A stretch of DNA of 64,000 bases from positions 96,001 to 160,000 of the forward strand of contig CAXXMR010000011.1 in the NCBI GenBank assembly GCA_963663805.2. Reading direction: 5' to 3'. Origin of the DNA: Sedimentisphaerales bacterium (GTDB taxonomy: Bacteria; Planctomycetota; Phycisphaerae; Sedimentisphaerales; SM23-30). Position numbers and translations under genes: made by a program. Under the pieces are notes generated by a model. That model did no database searches. It worked only from the letters and a program-made list of their open reading frames with translations, and was not told the DNA's origin. Below, piece after piece: positions 60,454 to 64,000 of this stretch. The first letter of the stretch is position 1, and each line of letters opens with the position of its first letter.

Positions 60454-62586
60454 ATGAATAAAATATTTGTAGTATTACTGCTGTTATTGCTTAGTGTTAC
60501 TTCGGTTTATGCCCAGGATATGACCATCCGGGTTATGTCCTACAATATCCTTTATGGTGCTTATCCGCGTGAGGAGCCTTACGACTGGGACCGGGCGGAC
60601 GCGATTATTTCGGCAATAAACTCTTATGACCCGGATGTGCTGTTGCTTCAGGAGTGCAACCAATGGGCCGACACGGGCAATACCCGATTGACGTATTTTG
60701 CACTTCAGACAGGGATGTCTTACAAGGCTCTGTCCACCAATCACGGCAGTTTTAAGCTGGCGATATTGAGTAAATATCCCATTACGAGTTATACGTTTTT
60801 TGACAGTTCGGTTTATTATTGGTGGAATGTTCTTACCGCCAACATACAACTGGCTCCATCATTTACGCTGCCGATAGCTTCGACACATTTTGGCTGGTGG
60901 GGAGCGACTGACTATTACTCGATGAGCGAAGAGGAACAGGCCGCGTCTTATGTGGCCCAGAAAGCGGTCCTGATAGACTATTTGCAAAATCGGGTGGATG
61001 GCGATTTGATTATCGGCGGGGACTGGAATCATTCGGCGTCCTCTATGCCTTTTGGCGAAAGTAATTTGCATGATGACATCGCGGCATTGGGGTATGGCCT
61101 GGACGCGTTGCGGAGGTTTTACCCAAGTCTGAATCCTATTGATAATATTTATGTGAGCCGGTCGGGGAAGTTTGATATTCAGAATTGTTTTAAGGCTTCG
61201 GTCGCGGCAAACTTGTCGGACCATACGCCGACGGTCGCTGATATCGCGATTACCTTTAATCCTCCGCCGGTAATAACACAAAATCCAGAGTCTGTAAGTG
61301 TGGCCCTGGGTGATACCGCGGTGCTGGATGTGGCGGGTTTGAATATAACGGCTTATGCCTGGCACAAGTCGTCGGACAACAGTAATTCTACGCCGGGAGA
61401 CGATGTTCAGGTGGGCGGAGCTGCGGTTTTGTCTGTGGATAATTTTAAACATTCAGATGAAGGTTATTATTATTGTATCGTCAGTAACAGCTATGGAAGT
61501 ACATATTCTGATGTGGTTTCAGCGACCGTCGCGTATGATATTGAGCCGCGGGAATCGCTGGTGGAATCAGGCGGCAGTGTTGCATTTACAGTGTCCTATC
61601 TGGCTGATTCTGATTATGCCTGGTATAAGTCTCAGGATAACAGCACCGAAACCACCGCGGATGATGTGGCGGTGGGTGGTAATTCTCATATCTTAAATCT
61701 AACCAATGTCCAGATGACCAACGAAGGTTATTATTATTGCGTAATCTCCAGAAACAATCTGAACACTGTATCGAAAATGGGTTTTTTGATGACGAAACGG
61801 CTGGTAGCTCAGTGGGGATTTAACAGTTCTCTGAACGAATATATCAGCGGCTATAAAGCTGTAAGCGATGTTACCGCTGTATACGATACCGGCATTGAAG
61901 GCAGCGGGGCTGTGATATTTTCGGGCGACGGAGATGACTATTTGAGAGTCGTATATCGAAAAAAGCTGAATCTGAGCGGTTTTACATTTGTGTTCTGGGC
62001 CCAGACCGCTGCCGGAACGAGCGGAACATCCAGAGTTTTGATAAATAGTCGCAATACTCTGGCTGAAGATTCATCCGGCGTATTGGCATATATCAGGGGA
62101 AATGACAACTGGGCTTATGTACTCAGGACGGGTGATGGCAGCTCCAGTCTTATTGAAGGTTCTCAAGTGCCTGAAGGTCAATGGCAATTTGTCGCTTTGA
62201 CGTTCGAACTGAATGAATGGGATAGCGAAAATGCTGTCGGTACCGCTTCGCTTTATGTGGACGGTTTGCTTGTGGGTAGTATGTCAAATGTGTCTTACAG
62301 GCCTAATTCCGCCTCATCAGCGGTTGACATGGTACTGGGCAGCGGCTGGACGGTCGAAAATGGCTATTTCAATCCCTTTAACGGACTGTTGGACGATTTG
62401 CGATATTACAGCTATGCCCTGAGCGGCAGGGAAGTTGCCCAGATTTACGCTGACGCTACTGGTCAGGAGATATGTATGGGAGAACTGGAAATAGATTTTG
62501 ACAATGACTGCGATGTTGATATAAATGATTTGGAAATGCTGCTGACCGAGTGGCTTATCAATGGTAATGTATCCTCAAGCAGGTAA
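60454..62586 (+). CDS. EEP (endonuclease/exonuclease/phosphatase) domain + 2 Ig + LamG + dockerin-like tail
   Basis: SYNI, LQE, GDWN, IDNI, SDH; modular C-terminus. Confidence 0.85.
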   Translation: MNKIFVVLLLLLLSVTSVYAQDMTIRVMSYNILYGAYPREEPYDWDRADAIISAINSYDPDVLLLQECNQWADTGNTRLTYFALQTGMSYKALSTNHGSFKLAILSKYPITSYTFFDSSVYYWWNVLTANIQLAPSFTLPIASTHFGWWGATDYYSMSEEEQAASYVAQKAVLIDYLQNRVDGDLIIGGDWNHSASSMPFGESNLHDDIAALGYGLDALRRFYPSLNPIDNIYVSRSGKFDIQNCFKASVAANLSDHTPTVADIAITFNPPPVITQNPESVSVALGDTAVLDVAGLNITAYAWHKSSDNSNSTPGDDVQVGGAAVLSVDNFKHSDEGYYYCIVSNSYGSTYSDVVSATVAYDIEPRESLVESGGSVAFTVSYLADSDYAWYKSQDNSTETTADDVAVGGNSHILNLTNVQMTNEGYYYCVISRNNLNTVSKMGFLMTKRLVAQWGFNSSLNEYISGYKAVSDVTAVYDTGIEGSGAVIFSGDGDDYLRVVYRKKLNLSGFTFVFWAQTAAGTSGTSRVLINSRNTLAEDSSGVLAYIRGNDNWAYVLRTGDGSSSLIEGSQVPEGQWQFVALTFELNEWDSENAVGTASLYVDGLLVGSMSNVSYRPNSASSAVDMVLGSGWTVENGYFNPFNGLLDDLRYYSYALSGREVAQIYADATGQEICMGELEIDFDNDCDVDINDLEMLLTEWLINGNVSSSR

Positions 62587-62654
62587 TCAGGGTGCTTATT
62601 TGTTTATGGCGTGTTGTAATTCTTACGAATTTTGTAACAAGAAAGGTCAGTTAG

Positions 62655-63560
62655 ATGCAAACCGGGATAATGAACGTTTTTTTTAATGTGGCAATTTTTA
62701 CCTGTGCAATGTTTGCAGAACTGACGTTGGGTGCTGAAATGAATGTGGCAAATGGCAATGACAAGGAAACTCTGCGAGTTATAACCTACAATATCATGAA
62801 ATTTGAAGGTTATCCCAAGACCACCGGTTGGCAGGGCTGCCCGGTGTATGAATCTAATGAAACCATATTTAGCCGGGTTCGGGGTCAGATTCCGTTGCGA
62901 ATCGCTCTGGAGCTGGCGCTTTATCGGCCTGACATTATTTCATTGCAGGAAGCCAATAGTGAGGAGAAAGTGGCTGAAATAGCTGAGTATTTGGGTATGA
63001 ATTACGCTTTCTTCCCCGGTAACGGCAGATGGCCGGGAGCGATATTGACGAAATATAAGATTATTGAACCGAAGCTGGATTCTACCAGCGAAAAGTATGC
63101 CGCGCAGGAGCTGTTCACCCGTCATTGGGGCAGAGTGTATCTGGACGCGGATGGCCAAAAAATAGTTGTGCATACCGTTCATCTTCATCCGGTAGATGGT
63201 GAAATACGTAAAACAGAGATTCAGGAAATTATCAAGACTGTTAAAGCTGATATTGGTACCGGCAATTCCGTTTTGCTCATGGGCGATTTGAATCACCGGG
63301 ACAATGACGCTGAGTACAAACTTTGGGTTGAAGGCGGGCTGAAGGATACCGCGATTCTGGCCGGAATAGACTCCAAATACACCGTTCCGAGTACCGGCCC
63401 GATGAAGCGTATCGATTATATCTGGGCCTGCGGTCCGATTCTTGAAAAGCTGGCTGAGACCAGAGTGCTCAATCGCGGGGCGTTCAAAATGAATTTTGAT
63501 GACACACCTTATTTTGCCTTGAGTGACCATCTCCCGGTCCTGGCAATATTTAACGATTAG
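62655..63560 (+). CDS. EEP-family phosphodiesterase/phosphatase
   Basis: TYNI, LQE, GDLN, RIDYI, SDHLP. Confidence 0.9.
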   Translation: MQTGIMNVFFNVAIFTCAMFAELTLGAEMNVANGNDKETLRVITYNIMKFEGYPKTTGWQGCPVYESNETIFSRVRGQIPLRIALELALYRPDIISLQEANSEEKVAEIAEYLGMNYAFFPGNGRWPGAILTKYKIIEPKLDSTSEKYAAQELFTRHWGRVYLDADGQKIVVHTVHLHPVDGEIRKTEIQEIIKTVKADIGTGNSVLLMGDLNHRDNDAEYKLWVEGGLKDTAILAGIDSKYTVPSTGPMKRIDYIWACGPILEKLAETRVLNRGAFKMNFDDTPYFALSDHLPVLAIFND

Positions 63561-63637
63561 CGTTTTCGCTTGCGTTGGTAATCAAAGTCGTTATTACCAC
63601 TCTAACAATTTGCGCAAAATTAAGACAAAGGGATAAT

Positions 63638-64000
63638 ATGAATAGATTTAATATGCGCTTTTACCTGATGGCAATGGTTTTAATGTTCGGCAACATCGCC
63701 AATGCCCAAAAGACTTACAAAACCTGGGACCAGTTCAAATGTTCCGGCCCCGGCCTGAAACAAGTTGGTGTATTGGCGGTTAAACATTCGCGAGAAATAT
63801 CCTCTTCTGCCTGGTCGGTTGGTTGTGAAACACTGGACCGTGATTACGGAGATTTCTCGATTTACAAGGATTATGTGGGAGAACTGGGCGTCAAACATGC
63901 CCGAATACAAAGCGGCTGGGCAAAATGCGAAAAGGAAAAGGGTGTCTATCAATTTGAGTGGCTTGACCAGATTGTGAACGGGCTGGTCGAACAGTCAATC
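63638..64000 (+). CDS. Secreted clan GH-A glycoside hydrolase (GH39/GH5-like), 3'-truncated by window edge
   Basis: Own translation: signal peptide, WSVGCETLDRDY...LGVKHARIQSGWAKCEKEKGVYQFEWLD. Confidence 0.7.
   Translation, partial: MNRFNMRFYLMAMVLMFGNIANAQKTYKTWDQFKCSGPGLKQVGVLAVKHSREISSSAWSVGCETLDRDYGDFSIYKDYVGELGVKHARIQSGWAKCEKEKGVYQFEWLDQIVNGLVEQSI

Overview
Bacterial chromosomal window, probably from a Planctomycetota host of the Phycisphaerae/Sedimentisphaerales type. This is inferred from DUF1559-like prepilin genes and single-dockerin-like C-termini, not from a database match. (1) 1-~17.4 kb is the right arm of a siphovirus-type prophage: neck and tail genes on +, and a convergent minus-strand block of integrase, pentapeptide-repeat protein, partner ORF and three Cys-rich small ORFs, ending at a tRNA-Lys(CTT) gene. 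(2) 17.7-35.2 kb holds a TPR gene and a sialic-acid-type utilisation cassette: GntR/LacI regulator, prepilin-like protein, LamG protein, two GH33 sialidases, sulfatase, GH1, aldolase and a NanM-SSS fusion. (3) 35.3-40.4 kb is an IS66 element containing a nested IS21 and a 119-bp duplication; it lacks a target-site duplication and truncates a peptidase C26 gene. (4) 40.6-56 kb holds an M16 protease, two-component genes, GH116, an RbsD/FucU-fold protein, AraC, ThuA, a Gfo/Idh/MocA oxidoreductase, and nrpR divergent from gdhA with repeated palindromic operators. (5) 56.3-64 kb is a second cassette with the same layout as (2): regulator, prepilin, LamG, terminator, enzymes. The best candidates for an undescribed system are this repeated 'pilin-PUL' architecture and the integrase-linked pentapeptide cargo operon. 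All family calls come from motif recognition by eye; no searches were run.
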